A program made the translations under genes and the position numbers. Positions 16,572-26,805 of a stretch of DNA of 64,000 nucleotides are shown piece after piece (position 1 is the first letter of the stretch; the number at the start of each line of letters is the position of its first letter). The DNA comes from an uncultured bacterium (GTDB taxonomy: Bacteria; Margulisbacteria; WOR-1; XYC2-FULL-46-14): the NCBI GenBank assembly GCA_964421245.1, contig CAYQVW010000009.1, positions 1,404 through 65,403 on the forward strand. Reading direction: 5' to 3'. The notes beneath the pieces were generated by a model that was not told the origin of the DNA, searched no databases, and saw only the letters and a program-made list of their open reading frames with translations.

Positions 16572-17137
16572 GAAAAATATCAGCAAAATTCATTAAAGGG
16601 ATAACCGGACCGGACAAAACACTGGATGGCAGTACACCCCAAATCGCTTTTATTGGGAGATCAAACGTTGGTAAATCGAGCGTTATCAATTCTTTAACCA
16701 ATCAAAAAGGTTTGGCCATAACCAGCGCATCCCCCGGGCGCACCAGGCAGATAAATATATTCTTAATAAATAAATCTATCTATTGGCTCGATCTTCCAGG
16801 CTATGGCTATGCCAAGGCCTCGCACCAGGAAAGGTGGAAGCTTTATGATCTAATAGATTGGTATCTGTTTAGATCGGATCACCAGCAAAAAAAAGTGCTT
16901 CTAATTATTGATGCAAAGATTGGACCGACCGATCATGATATGGAAGTACTAAGCTTTTTAGAAGATATTGAAAAAGAGATTATAATTGTCGCAAACAAGG
17001 TAGACAAAATAAAGAAATCAAAATATGACAAGCGCTTTGATGAAATTGAATCTTTAGTCGGAGACCATAAGATCATCCCTTTCTCTTCATACGATAAAAT
17101 TGGGATAAATGCCTTAAACCACGAGATTTTTGGTTAA
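16568..17137 (+). CDS. engB: Ribosome biogenesis GTP-binding protein EngB/YihA
   Basis: IAFIGRSNVGKSSVINSLTN...SPGRTRQIN...DLPGYGYA...ANKVDK. G1-G4 motifs in EngB arrangement. ATGA coupling with upstream gene. Confidence 0.85.
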   Translation: MRKISAKFIKGITGPDKTLDGSTPQIAFIGRSNVGKSSVINSLTNQKGLAITSASPGRTRQINIFLINKSIYWLDLPGYGYAKASHQERWKLYDLIDWYLFRSDHQQKKVLLIIDAKIGPTDHDMEVLSFLEDIEKEIIIVANKVDKIKKSKYDKRFDEIESLVGDHKIIPFSSYDKIGINALNHEIFG

Positions 17138-17147
17138 TTGACTGCGT

Positions 17148-17966
17148 TTATTTTATATAAACGTCTTCAATCGAAAACCAACCAGATACATCTACATTAA
17201 CGCCATTAACTTCACTCTTAAGCATTATCTGAAATTGTCTTAAGGTATTAGCTTTATTAGGCTTGCCTAAATCAAGACTAACCGTTGTATATGCGGAATA
17301 AGTAATAGGGAAAAAATTCCACGCTTTGAGCGCTCCGGCCTTTTGCGGATTATCATCATAAACTTCAACTTTGATTTCCTTAATAACCTTTTTTGATTTA
17401 TCTTCAAAAACATTTCCGCGAATCTTGAATTGGATTGTCTTATAATGAGAAATATCAACTCCCGGAGCTGCCGCCAAAATATTTAACCCTGGCCACTTTC
17501 CGGTTCCAGTAGCATGAAGAGCTCCATTTTCTGCACTAACGTCAAAACCATTTATCCCATTCCAATTACCCTTTAAAAAACTGTTATAAGGATTTTTGCC
17601 GTCAATCTTAAATCTATCAATATAGCGCGGACCTGGAGGAACAGTATCTAGCTTGGGTGCAATAGCATCTGGTTTTGCAACAGTTTTGTCACCTTCTACG
17701 TCCTGCTTCCCTGCTTCTCCTGCTACACTGGCGTCAGAATTTTCAACCGGCTTGTTCGCACCACAACCACCTAAAGCAAAAATACCAATTGGTGGAACAG
17801 TCCCCCTTTGGGGCGCCCTTGCTCCGCTACTTGAAGTTCGAACACTAAATTGAACCACCTTCGACTTATTTTTCTTGGTCTCACACTTCCTGCCTCTATT
17901 TGGAGTTGACCTTAAGTAATATTCCAATGAATTTTTGTTTACACTATTATTGCATCCTTCTACCAT
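17148..17966 (-). CDS. Hypothetical protein; possible lipoprotein with uncertain start
   Basis: Contains IFALGGCG lipobox-like segment ~70 aa into the ORF. N-terminal 60 aa basic and non-signal-like. GC-rich island at ~17800-17830. Confidence 0.35.
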   Translation of the reverse strand: MVEGCNNSVNKNSLEYYLRSTPNRGRKCETKKNKSKVVQFSVRTSSSGARAPQRGTVPPIGIFALGGCGANKPVENSDASVAGEAGKQDVEGDKTVAKPDAIAPKLDTVPPGPRYIDRFKIDGKNPYNSFLKGNWNGINGFDVSAENGALHATGTGKWPGLNILAAAPGVDISHYKTIQFKIRGNVFEDKSKKVIKEIKVEVYDDNPQKAGALKAWNFFPITYSAYTTVSLDLGKPNKANTLRQFQIMLKSEVNGVNVDVSGWFSIEDVYIK

Positions 17967-18063
17967 TTTATTGCCCTCCTATTTCCTATATATCCTGTAT
18001 ATGTTTCGTACTATTATACTAATAATTTCACTAAATTTAAAAAAATTTAAAAAAATTCCAACC

Positions 18064-20259
18064 TCAGCAGAATTCCCGCTCTTCACCAAGTATTTCCCGA
18101 AGAGTTAAGCTAGCAATAAAACCATTCGCACCATCATTCTCATTAATAACAGCAAATAAAGCAGGAATAGCATGATTACCTAATGCTGTCAGCTCTTCTG
18201 TTTTCATAATAGGATCTAGTGTATAAGCATAAAGCTCTTGATATCCCTGAGAACCCTCATCATAATCCCCAATATCTATTGCAGCTTGCGCGGCAACCTG
18301 CCTAACAAATAAATCTTTATGACTCAATGCTTTTCTAATTATATTCTCGGCTTTTATCCTTTTAGCTGCTTTAATTGCATGTGAAATAAACAGACCACTC
18401 TCATCCTCCAAAGCAGCCAACAAAGCAGGATAAGGATTTTCTCCTAAATCAACTGGACCAAAATCATCTCGATCCGTAAGTAATTTGTAAGCATGTAATA
18501 CATCATATTCCGGATCTTCTTCTCTTAATCCCTTTATTGCTATGAGGGCCTCGGCTGCTCTACCTCTGATATCTTTACGGGAATCTTTAAGGGCAGCTTC
18601 TAAAGCAGGAATAGCAGTATGCCCTAACTTAACAACACTTGGCCAAGCTCCTTTCGTCTTTACTCCCAGTTTGCCTATTGACCTATAAACATTCAATTTA
18701 TTATATCTATCTTGCCCTGGAGACAAACTATCATATTTTATTAGCAACTCTGCAGCAAAACTTCTAATAGTAAAATCTTTGTGACTTAATGCTCGAACCA
18801 TAATATCTTTAGAATCAGCACCAGCAATCTTATCTAACATATTTATGGCTAACAAATCATCTAAACCATTATTTTTAAAAGCAATTTCGGCTAGAACCGG
18901 AACAGCCGCTCTACCAAACGCAAGAATATCGTCCCATTTTTTATCCATAAATAATTTATATGCTTTAATCTGGCTGTCCACTTCCAACTCACTAACCTTT
19001 CTTGGATCAAACAATGCTATTTCTCCCAGAATTTCCATCGTTGTTTTACCTTGTAACTCTAGTAAAGCAACCTGCTTGTAGACCAAACAATAAATCCTAT
19101 TCAAATCCCAAGATTGCCCCTCGCTTAACAACAAAATTCTTTGCCTAATATGTTGCTCTAAATATTCTGCAATTTTATGTTTTTCACTAAACAATTGGCC
19201 TTTAATTGGAAAACGTTGTGGATAAACTGGGAATCCCCACTCCTTCTTGCTTCCAGAGGTTTTTCCACTACTTAAGAAATATCCACCAGATATAAAAGCC
19301 TGAACTTCTGGGGGATACAACTCTTCCGGACAACTAGCTAATACTTTTGTTACTCGCTCGGTATAGGCAGACATATTCATCCGATCCACCAACTCTTCAA
19401 ACCACCGTGAATTAAACCGGTGAAAACCAAAGATCCAATGCCCTACTTCCGCCTTTAAGCAACTGTCAATAGCATCTCCAGATTGGGCACTAGTCTCCTT
19501 GCCAAATAGATCAACTGATCCTTCAACAACAGACCATCCATCTTGATTATATTTAAAAGATCCCGCCTCTCTATTTAATTCGAACGCTTCAATATCTTTT
19601 GTTAAACCGCTAAGCCCAAGTTTTTCTTCAAGCATTTTCTTCTCTAACCATACCCCTTTTCTATACTCTTCTCTAAGAACTCCACCGTCTACCATATTAA
19701 ACGTCCATTCTTTGTACCTCTCATATTGTGCCAATCCTGCCTTCCCCGCTCTTGCTAAAAATTCGAAACGTAAAAGATCTGCCTCATCCATATCCCCAAA
19801 CTCTCGAGACAAAGAATTATAAGTCCCCTGCCAAAACCCTTGTCTCATGCCAGCAAAATTACTATCTTCTACTTGTTGAGCTCTTCCCCATTCCGCATTA
19901 AAGAGGGTCCAAGCAGTCTCAGCCGAGATTGTTCCGACAGCGACCATCTGTTTTATGCTATAGACAGTAAAGGATAAGTAATCTTTCTGTAACTGAGTTA
20001 AAGCTTGTAGTTCTTTTTCTTTTGGAAGTTTTTTGTCAATTAGTTTATCAATACCTCGTGGTATCTCATGAAAAGTTAAAGCATGTACAATACCCCTACG
20101 GGCAACCCCATCAATAGTAGTGCCGACATCCGTATTGTGTCCTGGTAATCGCCATTTGACAGGGTAAGGATTTAACTGAATTGCCCTATTAAAAACACCT
20201 ATATTTGCCATATCTACATATATATCGTCAAAATGAGGGCAAAATTTCACCCCTTGCAT
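18064..20259 (-). CDS. Large hypothetical protein with C-terminal HEAT/PBS-lyase-like repeats
   Basis: 731 aa. C-terminal third has repeated ~30-aa units (D..VR..AA.AL..IG, SRKDIRGRAAEALIAIKG, FTIRSFAAELLIKYD) typical of HEAT repeats. N-terminal 450 aa unassigned. Confidence 0.45.
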   Translation of the reverse strand: MQGVKFCPHFDDIYVDMANIGVFNRAIQLNPYPVKWRLPGHNTDVGTTIDGVARRGIVHALTFHEIPRGIDKLIDKKLPKEKELQALTQLQKDYLSFTVYSIKQMVAVGTISAETAWTLFNAEWGRAQQVEDSNFAGMRQGFWQGTYNSLSREFGDMDEADLLRFEFLARAGKAGLAQYERYKEWTFNMVDGGVLREEYRKGVWLEKKMLEEKLGLSGLTKDIEAFELNREAGSFKYNQDGWSVVEGSVDLFGKETSAQSGDAIDSCLKAEVGHWIFGFHRFNSRWFEELVDRMNMSAYTERVTKVLASCPEELYPPEVQAFISGGYFLSSGKTSGSKKEWGFPVYPQRFPIKGQLFSEKHKIAEYLEQHIRQRILLLSEGQSWDLNRIYCLVYKQVALLELQGKTTMEILGEIALFDPRKVSELEVDSQIKAYKLFMDKKWDDILAFGRAAVPVLAEIAFKNNGLDDLLAINMLDKIAGADSKDIMVRALSHKDFTIRSFAAELLIKYDSLSPGQDRYNKLNVYRSIGKLGVKTKGAWPSVVKLGHTAIPALEAALKDSRKDIRGRAAEALIAIKGLREEDPEYDVLHAYKLLTDRDDFGPVDLGENPYPALLAALEDESGLFISHAIKAAKRIKAENIIRKALSHKDLFVRQVAAQAAIDIGDYDEGSQGYQELYAYTLDPIMKTEELTALGNHAIPALFAVINENDGANGFIASLTLREILGEEREFC

Positions 20260-20290
20260 AATAACCGATAAAAAAGTAAACTATTGCATA

Positions 20291-21049
20291 ATGAAGATCA
20301 GAATACTAGGCTGCCATGGATCGGAACTGCCAGGAATGCATCTTTCAAGCTATCTGATTGATGATTCGGTAATTTTAGATGCAGGAGGTCTTACCTCAAC
20401 CCTTAACTTTGAAGAACAAAAGAAGATAAAACACATTCTAATCAGCCATTCTCATCTTGACCATATTAAAGACATCGCTTTCTTAGCAGATAACCTACAA
20501 GAAGCCCCAGCTACCCCAATTGAAATTATAAGCTCAGAAGAAGTAATAAGAGCAATAAAGGAACACCTCTTCAACAATAGAATTTGGCCTGATTTTACAA
20601 AATTACCAAGCGAAAAAAAACCGATACTAAAATATAGACCGATTGAAGTTAATACACCATTTAAAATCGCAGGATTAGAGATAAATACAATCTACGCAAG
20701 CCACGTTGTGCCAACAGTAAGCTACTTTATATCAAAAAACAACTCAACTGTTCTTTTCACAGCAGATACCGGACCTACAAATAAAATCTGGGAAGAAGCA
20801 AACAAAATTAATAACCTAAAAGCAGTTTTTATCGACACTACCTTTCCAAATAAAATGCAGGGTTTGGCTGATAAGAGCAAACACCTAACACCCCAAAAAC
20901 TAAGAGAAGAACTTAAGAAACTAAAACAAAAAGCAACCATCTATAGCTACCATAACAAAGGCCGCTTCAAACAAGAGCTAGAACAAGAAATAAAAAAATG
21001 CTGCAAAGAAGTTATAACACTAAAAGAAGGAGAAATTCTTAATTTTTAA
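20291..21049 (+). CDS. Class II 3',5'-cyclic-nucleotide phosphodiesterase (metallo-beta-lactamase fold)
   Basis: KIRILGCHGSE...YLIDDSVILDAGG...ILISHSHLDHIKDIAFL contains the HxHLDH signature of class II cAMP phosphodiesterases (yeast PDE1/CpdP type). Confidence 0.65.
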   Translation: MKIRILGCHGSELPGMHLSSYLIDDSVILDAGGLTSTLNFEEQKKIKHILISHSHLDHIKDIAFLADNLQEAPATPIEIISSEEVIRAIKEHLFNNRIWPDFTKLPSEKKPILKYRPIEVNTPFKIAGLEINTIYASHVVPTVSYFISKNNSTVLFTADTGPTNKIWEEANKINNLKAVFIDTTFPNKMQGLADKSKHLTPQKLREELKKLKQKATIYSYHNKGRFKQELEQEIKKCCKEVITLKEGEILNF

Positions 21050-22964
21050 TCGGAATTAGGAAACTAAACTTGGTCCCCTTCCCCATTCGACTCTCAACCC
21101 AAATTTTTCCATCATGTAATTCGATCAGTCGTTTACAAATCGCAAGCCCAAGTCCGGTTCCACCATATTCACCAACGTGAACCTGTTTAAATTCTTTAAA
21201 TACATCCCCTAATTTCTCTTTTGCAATTCCAACTCCAGTGTCCTCAACCTCAAAAAGAACTGCATCATCTTTCCTTTTTACCCGTAGGGTAATCCCACCC
21301 TTTTTGGTAAATTTGGCCGAATTTCCAATTAAATTAATCAAAACCTGGTTTATTCTCTTCTGATCTCCCAATAAAACCGGCAAATTTCTACCTAGACTTA
21401 TTTTTAAATATAATCCTTTGCCATCCAGAAGAGACTTGGTCGAAAACTGAACAAACTCAATCACATCTTTTATGGCAAAGTCGACCTTATTAAGATCAAT
21501 CTTTCCGGCTTCAACGTTGGACAGATCTAGCACATCATTAATCAGACCTAGCAGATGGTTGCCGCTCTTTTGCATTTCGGCAATTGCCTGCTTTATCTTT
21601 TCAGAAATTTCACCATAGATTCCCGATTGAATTAGCTCTGCAAAACCCAACACTGCATTAAGCGGGGTTCTAAGCTCGTGCGACATATTGGCTAAGAATT
21701 CTGACTTGCGCTCGGTTGCATCCTGGAGCGCAACATTTAGTTTATTAAGCTCTTCGGTCTTATCTTTTACCTGGTGGGTTCGATCAGTTACCTTCTTCTC
21801 CAAGTTAGTATGCAATTCTTCAATAACATTCTTAGATTCTTCTAAGTTTTCATACAATTTGGCATTTTCTACCGCAACTGCAGCTTGAAAAGCCACATTT
21901 CTTAAAAAACCGATCTCATTTTGATTGAAAAAAAGCTGCTTTTGTTGACGCTCTCCCAAAAAAATTAACCCGGTGATTCCTTCCCTAAAAACCATCGGAA
22001 TAACAGATGAGGCATTTAGCTTCTTCATAGTAGCAAGAAGGGCTTTACTTGCCTCATTCAAAGATGGCTCTTCCCTAAACTCATCAATCGTAATTAAGCC
22101 ATCCTTTTTTTCTTTAACAATTTTAACCAACGGATCGTCCATGGCAATAGATACACTTTTATCATCATTTAAATATTTATTCTCATCCGGATTTGCAACC
22201 AGTATCTCAACCCCCAAAAGAGAGAGGGTTGTAACCAATTCGTTTTTGATAGTTACAATTATCTTACTAATATCCAAAAGGGTTGATATGTTATCGCTTA
22301 TTTCTGCTAAAAGCTTTTGAAAATTTTGCCTGGATCCAAAAAGAAAACGATCTATTAATGAACCAATAAAACCATCCAACATATCGTAACTAAACAGGAA
22401 AAACAATATTAAAAGTATAGAGAATAAAGGCAGACGATAAATTTCTACATTAACAAATTGAGAAATAAAGACAAAGAAATAATAGGAACCAACAACCAAG
22501 GCAACTATGATAGATGTTGTAATGGTTCGTCTTATCAAACTATCAACAGCAAAAGGCTTATAGTGCAAAATCATATAACTTGAGATCAATGATAAAAACG
22601 CTATGGCAGAAAAGAGCAAGAGCTTAGAAAAACCAAAATAAATAGTTAAAAAAGAGACAAATAAGACTAAAATAATACCAAAAAACAAAACCCGAGCCCT
22701 TTGTCTCTTGAGTGAACTTGTTGCTGATATCCTAACATAAAGAAACATTCCGGCTAAGGCAATCAATAAAAGCAGCGGAAAATACGACCAAAGCCTTGCC
22801 GTATCTGCCAATGGCAGAAAGCTAATCCAGGCCCCAAAAAATACACTTAACAAAAGAAAAACAAAAGTAGATAATAATTTTGGTCGTCTAACATAGGTAA
22901 AAAACCCTAATAAAACTATAATTGAAATAAGAAAATATTTTAACAAGCTAAATAAATTTGTCAT
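21039..22964 (-). CDS. Membrane sensor histidine kinase (multi-TM N-terminus, GAF-like domain, HisKA, HATPase_c)
   Basis: 6-7 predicted TM helices in first 230 aa. MSHELRTPLNAVLGFAELI H-box. C-terminal N/G1/G2 boxes (NLIGNSAKFT, DTGVGI, GGTGLGLAI). Confidence 0.85.
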   Translation of the reverse strand: MTNLFSLLKYFLISIIVLLGFFTYVRRPKLLSTFVFLLLSVFFGAWISFLPLADTARLWSYFPLLLLIALAGMFLYVRISATSSLKRQRARVLFFGIILVLFVSFLTIYFGFSKLLLFSAIAFLSLISSYMILHYKPFAVDSLIRRTITTSIIVALVVGSYYFFVFISQFVNVEIYRLPLFSILLILFFLFSYDMLDGFIGSLIDRFLFGSRQNFQKLLAEISDNISTLLDISKIIVTIKNELVTTLSLLGVEILVANPDENKYLNDDKSVSIAMDDPLVKIVKEKKDGLITIDEFREEPSLNEASKALLATMKKLNASSVIPMVFREGITGLIFLGERQQKQLFFNQNEIGFLRNVAFQAAVAVENAKLYENLEESKNVIEELHTNLEKKVTDRTHQVKDKTEELNKLNVALQDATERKSEFLANMSHELRTPLNAVLGFAELIQSGIYGEISEKIKQAIAEMQKSGNHLLGLINDVLDLSNVEAGKIDLNKVDFAIKDVIEFVQFSTKSLLDGKGLYLKISLGRNLPVLLGDQKRINQVLINLIGNSAKFTKKGGITLRVKRKDDAVLFEVEDTGVGIAKEKLGDVFKEFKQVHVGEYGGTGLGLAICKRLIELHDGKIWVESRMGKGTKFSFLIPIKN

Positions 22965-23329
22965 TATCCGATATATTTTTTAATCTTTTCAAGCAATATT
23001 TTAAAATTATACGGTTTGGTTAAATATTCGTTGCATCCAGCCTCAAGACCCTTATCTCGATCACCTGGCATTGCATAAGACGAGAGAACAACTACCGGAA
23101 TTTTCTTGGTGCTATCGCACTCCCGCATAGCCTTTAATACCTGGTAGCCATCCATTTCTGGTAATTGAATATCCATTAAAACCAGGTCTGGTTTTTCTTT
23201 TTTAGCCTGTTCTAACCCCTTTTTGCCATCGGTTGCCTCAAGAACCTCATAACCTTGACTGTTTAACAAATCAAAAATAATTTTGCGATTAGCCGAATTA
23301 TCTTCTATCGAGAGCACCCTTTTTCCCAT
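22964..23329 (-). CDS. Single-domain response regulator (CheY-like receiver)
   Basis: RVLSIEDNSANRKI...LMDIQLPEMDG...KIPVVVLSSYA...LTKP receiver motifs. Start overlaps upstream kinase stop. Confidence 0.85.
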   Translation of the reverse strand: MGKRVLSIEDNSANRKIIFDLLNSQGYEVLEATDGKKGLEQAKKEKPDLVLMDIQLPEMDGYQVLKAMRECDSTKKIPVVVLSSYAMPGDRDKGLEAGCNEYLTKPYNFKILLEKIKKYIG

Positions 23330-23334
23330 TTATA

Positions 23335-24423
23335 TCACCTCTTTCCCATTACTTTATACGTTGTAATGGGAGATTTAATACCCTTTACGGTAATTTCTCC
23401 AACTTTATCATAGCTAAAACTTTTTTCAGTTAAACTTTGCGTTCTATGCCCTACCAAGATATCCCCCGGTTGTGCTTCAGTACATAAGCGAAAAGCAACA
23501 TTAACCTGATTACCAATTACGGTATAATCCAGACGATCTTCTGGCCCAATATTTCCGACAGTAACATAACCGGTAACTATTCCAATTGCAACACGCAGAT
23601 CATGTCCGGCCACCTGCCAATTCTTTCTTAATTCTTCTACCTTTTTCTGCATTTCAACACCCATTTCAACTGCCCGTTTGGCATGGTCTTCTTGTGGAAT
23701 CGGATCACCAAAGAAAATCAATATTCCATCACCTAGAAACTTATCAAGTGTTCCACCATACTTAAAGGTAATTTTACTCATTTCAGAAAAATATTCATTT
23801 AATAGATTGATAACATCCTCCGGTTCAGAAACTTCGGAAATCCCGGTAAAGTTATCAATATCCGATACAAAGATAGTCAGAAGCTTACGACTGTTAGAAA
23901 GTTTGGCCCCACCATTTTTCATAATTGATTTAACTACCAGCGGAGAGAAATATCTTTCTAGTTGTTTTGATGCTTGGACCATTTCAACCTGATCTGCCAC
24001 CTTCTTCTCTAACCCCTGGTTAAGTTCTTGTAATTCTTTTTGAGCCATGCGTAGTTTGAGCATATTTCTAACGCGAGAGAGCAATTCTTGGTGTTCAAAC
24101 GGCTTAGGAAGATATTCGTCTGCGCCAAGCTCAAGTCCTTTTAGAATATCTTCTGTTCCAGAGCGGGCACTTACAATGATTATTGGTATAAGCTTGGTCT
24201 TATCATTTGCCTTAAGTTTTTCACAAACTTGGAAACCGTCCATCTTTGGCATCATTACATCTAGTAGGATCAGGTCAGGAAGGTTTAGTTCAACCATCTT
24301 TAGGGCTTCTTCACCGTCAAAGGCTTCGGCAACATCGTAGTTTTGAGTAGCCAATCGAGCCTTCATTATTTGTACATTCTGCGGATTATCGTCTACTACC
24401 AAAATCTTTGGTCGATCACTCAT
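23335..24423 (-). CDS. Response regulator receiver fused to class III adenylate/guanylate cyclase (CHD) domain
   Basis: Receiver: KILVVDDNPQNVQIM...LLDVMMPKMDG. Cyclase: LTIFVSDIDNFTGISE...GGTLDKFLGDGILIFFG...YTVIGNQVNVAFRL. Likely start is Met27 of the ORF (MSDRPK, GGAGAG RBS 7 nt upstream), hence 24423 rather than 24501. Confidence 0.8.
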   Translation of the reverse strand: MSDRPKILVVDDNPQNVQIMKARLATQNYDVAEAFDGEEALKMVELNLPDLILLDVMMPKMDGFQVCEKLKANDKTKLIPIIIVSARSGTEDILKGLELGADEYLPKPFEHQELLSRVRNMLKLRMAQKELQELNQGLEKKVADQVEMVQASKQLERYFSPLVVKSIMKNGGAKLSNSRKLLTIFVSDIDNFTGISEVSEPEDVINLLNEYFSEMSKITFKYGGTLDKFLGDGILIFFGDPIPQEDHAKRAVEMGVEMQKKVEELRKNWQVAGHDLRVAIGIVTGYVTVGNIGPEDRLDYTVIGNQVNVAFRLCTEAQPGDILVGHRTQSLTEKSFSYDKVGEITVKGIKSPITTYKVMGKR

Positions 24424-24513
24424 CTTCCCACTCTCCTTTTGGATTTTGAAATTTGAGCTTTGGATTTGTAAATATATGGTATTATATACCAAATAAACCA
24501 AAAGGAGAAGACA

Positions 24514-25239
24514 ATGCTTGGTGGATACGAAATGAAAGATGTCCCAAAATTTATTAAATATCAGTACTCCTTTGAACCTGAAGGAGGACCAAAAAAGGAA
24601 TTTACAGTAACGCTTGATGGAGCAACCCTAAATCGAATTGACGATCAGCAGAAAGATAACCCAGAGTGGACTAAGCTAGACTACATGCAGTGCAGCAACT
24701 GCCCTTACAATATAAAAGATAGACCGTTTTGCCCAATCGCATCCGGATTAGTTAATATTATTGAAACTTTTAAGGACACTGTCTCTCATCATGTTGGATT
24801 AATTACCGTAACTACTAATGAAAGAACCATTAGCAAGCGTACCGCCATGCAAGACGGGATAAGCTCTCTGATCGGCATATTTATGGTAACCTCTGGCTGT
24901 TCTGTTATGGATAAAATAAAACCGATGGTACGCTATCACCTCCCTTTTGCATCTATTAATGAGACAATCTATCGGGCAACCTCGATGTATCTGCTTGGGC
25001 AATATTTTGTTAAAAAAGAAGATAAAGCTCCTGATTGGGAATTAAAAGAACTTACAAAAACTTATAAAGAAATTGCAAAACTAAATCGCGATATTAGCCA
25101 AAGAATCCGCAGCGCCTCAAATGAGGATGCTAGTATTAATGCTCTGGTAATTCTCGATGTATTTGCCAAGATGCTCCCCTTCTCAATTGATGACACCCTA
25201 AAGAAACTCGAGTACCTTTTTGCCGATTATTTAGAATAA
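24514..25239 (+). CDS. Hypothetical Cys-containing protein co-transcribed with a cytoplasmic histidine kinase
   Basis: 241 aa, no TM. Cys cluster CSNCPYNIKDRPFCP plus additional Cys. Divergent from the RR-cyclase gene. Stop abuts start of next gene. Confidence 0.4.
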   Translation: MLGGYEMKDVPKFIKYQYSFEPEGGPKKEFTVTLDGATLNRIDDQQKDNPEWTKLDYMQCSNCPYNIKDRPFCPIASGLVNIIETFKDTVSHHVGLITVTTNERTISKRTAMQDGISSLIGIFMVTSGCSVMDKIKPMVRYHLPFASINETIYRATSMYLLGQYFVKKEDKAPDWELKELTKTYKEIAKLNRDISQRIRSASNEDASINALVILDVFAKMLPFSIDDTLKKLEYLFADYLE

Positions 25240-25240
25240 T

Positions 25241-26500
25241 ATGTTTTCTATATTCAACAAACAAAAAGATTTTCGTAAAATATTAACTAAAATATCCTCT
25301 CAACTTGCAACTGCAGTTGATGCAAACGATCTAGCAGACATGGTCTTTAAAGCTTTAGCAGAAGATTTCAAAATTAACAACACTGCCTTTTATTTAATTG
25401 AGAACTTTGGAAAAAAAGAGATTAAAGAAGAAAATGATTACAAAATAGTAAAAAATGCCCGCCTTGCAGAGCCAGCGGCGAGGCAGGACAAACTCTTGCA
25501 TCTCCCAGAAACACTGACCATCGACCACAGCCTGCTGCAGGAATTAGAAGACAAAAAAGAGACCATCAATAGACATAATAAAAACGAACTTGGAATTGAT
25601 ATCGCAATCCCCTGTTTTGAAGATAATAAACTAATTGCATTTTTACTAATAAAAAGAAAAGAAGCAAAATTTAAAAACGAAGAGATCGATCTATTTAATA
25701 TAATCGCAGCTCAAATCACACTGGTACTTGAGCGAATTAAGCCATACGAACAAATTCAAGCCGACCTTAAAAGGATGCTCAAAAGTGCGGAGGAAAAAGC
25801 TCACTTAGCCGGTTTTGCTACCTTAACCCAAGGATTAGCACATGAATTGCGCAACCCACTTGCAATCCTCCTAAGCCGAGCAGAACTAGTAAAAAAACAG
25901 ATCGATAATAAAGAATCTGTCTTAAAGTTTGCCGATATGACTATTCGCAATATCGAAAGACTATTAAAAATAATCGAAACTATGCTCCATTTTGGCGGCA
26001 ACAAAACAACAACCAAAGAAAAAGTAAACATAAATGAAACCCTAGAAGAGATATTGTTACTAACCGAAGGAGAATGTAAAAACAAAGAGATAAAAGTTCA
26101 AAAAGAATTAAATAGCAACCTTAAGATCAAGGGAGATGAAGCCCAATTCAACGAAATTCTATTAAATCTAGTTCTAAATGCAATTCAATCAATGGAAAAA
26201 TCAGAAATAAAAAATCTTACTATTAAAACTAGCAATAATAAAATCTCATCAAAGGAGGGATTAAAAGAAGCGGTTGAGATAATAATTCAAGATACCGGTT
26301 GTGGAATCAACAAAGAGAATCTGTCAAAAATATTTAATCCATTTTATACAACCAAGACAAACGGAGTTGGACTTGGGCTCTCAATAACCAAAAGAATGAT
26401 CGAAGACTATAACGGCTTACTCAATATAAAGAGTGAAAAAGAAACTGGCACCCAAGTTACAATAACTATACCTTTATCTCTCGGCGCAAAAAGTAATTAA
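25241..26500 (+). CDS. Cytoplasmic sensor histidine kinase (GAF-like N-terminus, HisKA, HATPase_c)
   Basis: LAHELRNPLAILLSRAEL H-box. NLVLNAIQS, QDTGCGI, GVGLGLSITKRMIE ATPase boxes. No TM helices. Confidence 0.8.
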   Translation: MFSIFNKQKDFRKILTKISSQLATAVDANDLADMVFKALAEDFKINNTAFYLIENFGKKEIKEENDYKIVKNARLAEPAARQDKLLHLPETLTIDHSLLQELEDKKETINRHNKNELGIDIAIPCFEDNKLIAFLLIKRKEAKFKNEEIDLFNIIAAQITLVLERIKPYEQIQADLKRMLKSAEEKAHLAGFATLTQGLAHELRNPLAILLSRAELVKKQIDNKESVLKFADMTIRNIERLLKIIETMLHFGGNKTTTKEKVNINETLEEILLLTEGECKNKEIKVQKELNSNLKIKGDEAQFNEILLNLVLNAIQSMEKSEIKNLTIKTSNNKISSKEGLKEAVEIIIQDTGCGINKENLSKIFNPFYTTKTNGVGLGLSITKRMIEDYNGLLNIKSEKETGTQVTITIPLSLGAKSN

Positions 26501-26795
26501 GAGTAGTTCTTATTGCAACGATTGCAGCAAGCATTCCAATCCCCTGCCAACTAGGAGTTAAAACAGTACCTAGAATATCTGCAGCGATAAATATTTCAAG
26601 TCCTAAAATCAGATTAACACCCAACCCCTGCCTAATGTGTACAACATTCTCTACCATCTTCTTTTGATCCACCTCAAACAAAACTCTTAAAAGATAGTTA
26701 AAAACTGCCCGCGCAACCCCATAGACAATTACACCTGTACCAATTGTATGAATAACCACAATAATTAAACGAAAAACTGAATATAATTCTGTCAT
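26466..26795 (-). CDS. DUF1622-family small membrane protein
   Basis: 109 aa, two TM segments, pattern typical of DUF1622 (YqhA-like). Confidence 0.5.
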   Translation of the reverse strand: MTELYSVFRLIIVVIHTIGTGVIVYGVARAVFNYLLRVLFEVDQKKMVENVVHIRQGLGVNLILGLEIFIAADILGTVLTPSWQGIGMLAAIVAIRTTLNYFLRREIKV

Positions 26796-26805
26796 AAATC
26801 CCCCT

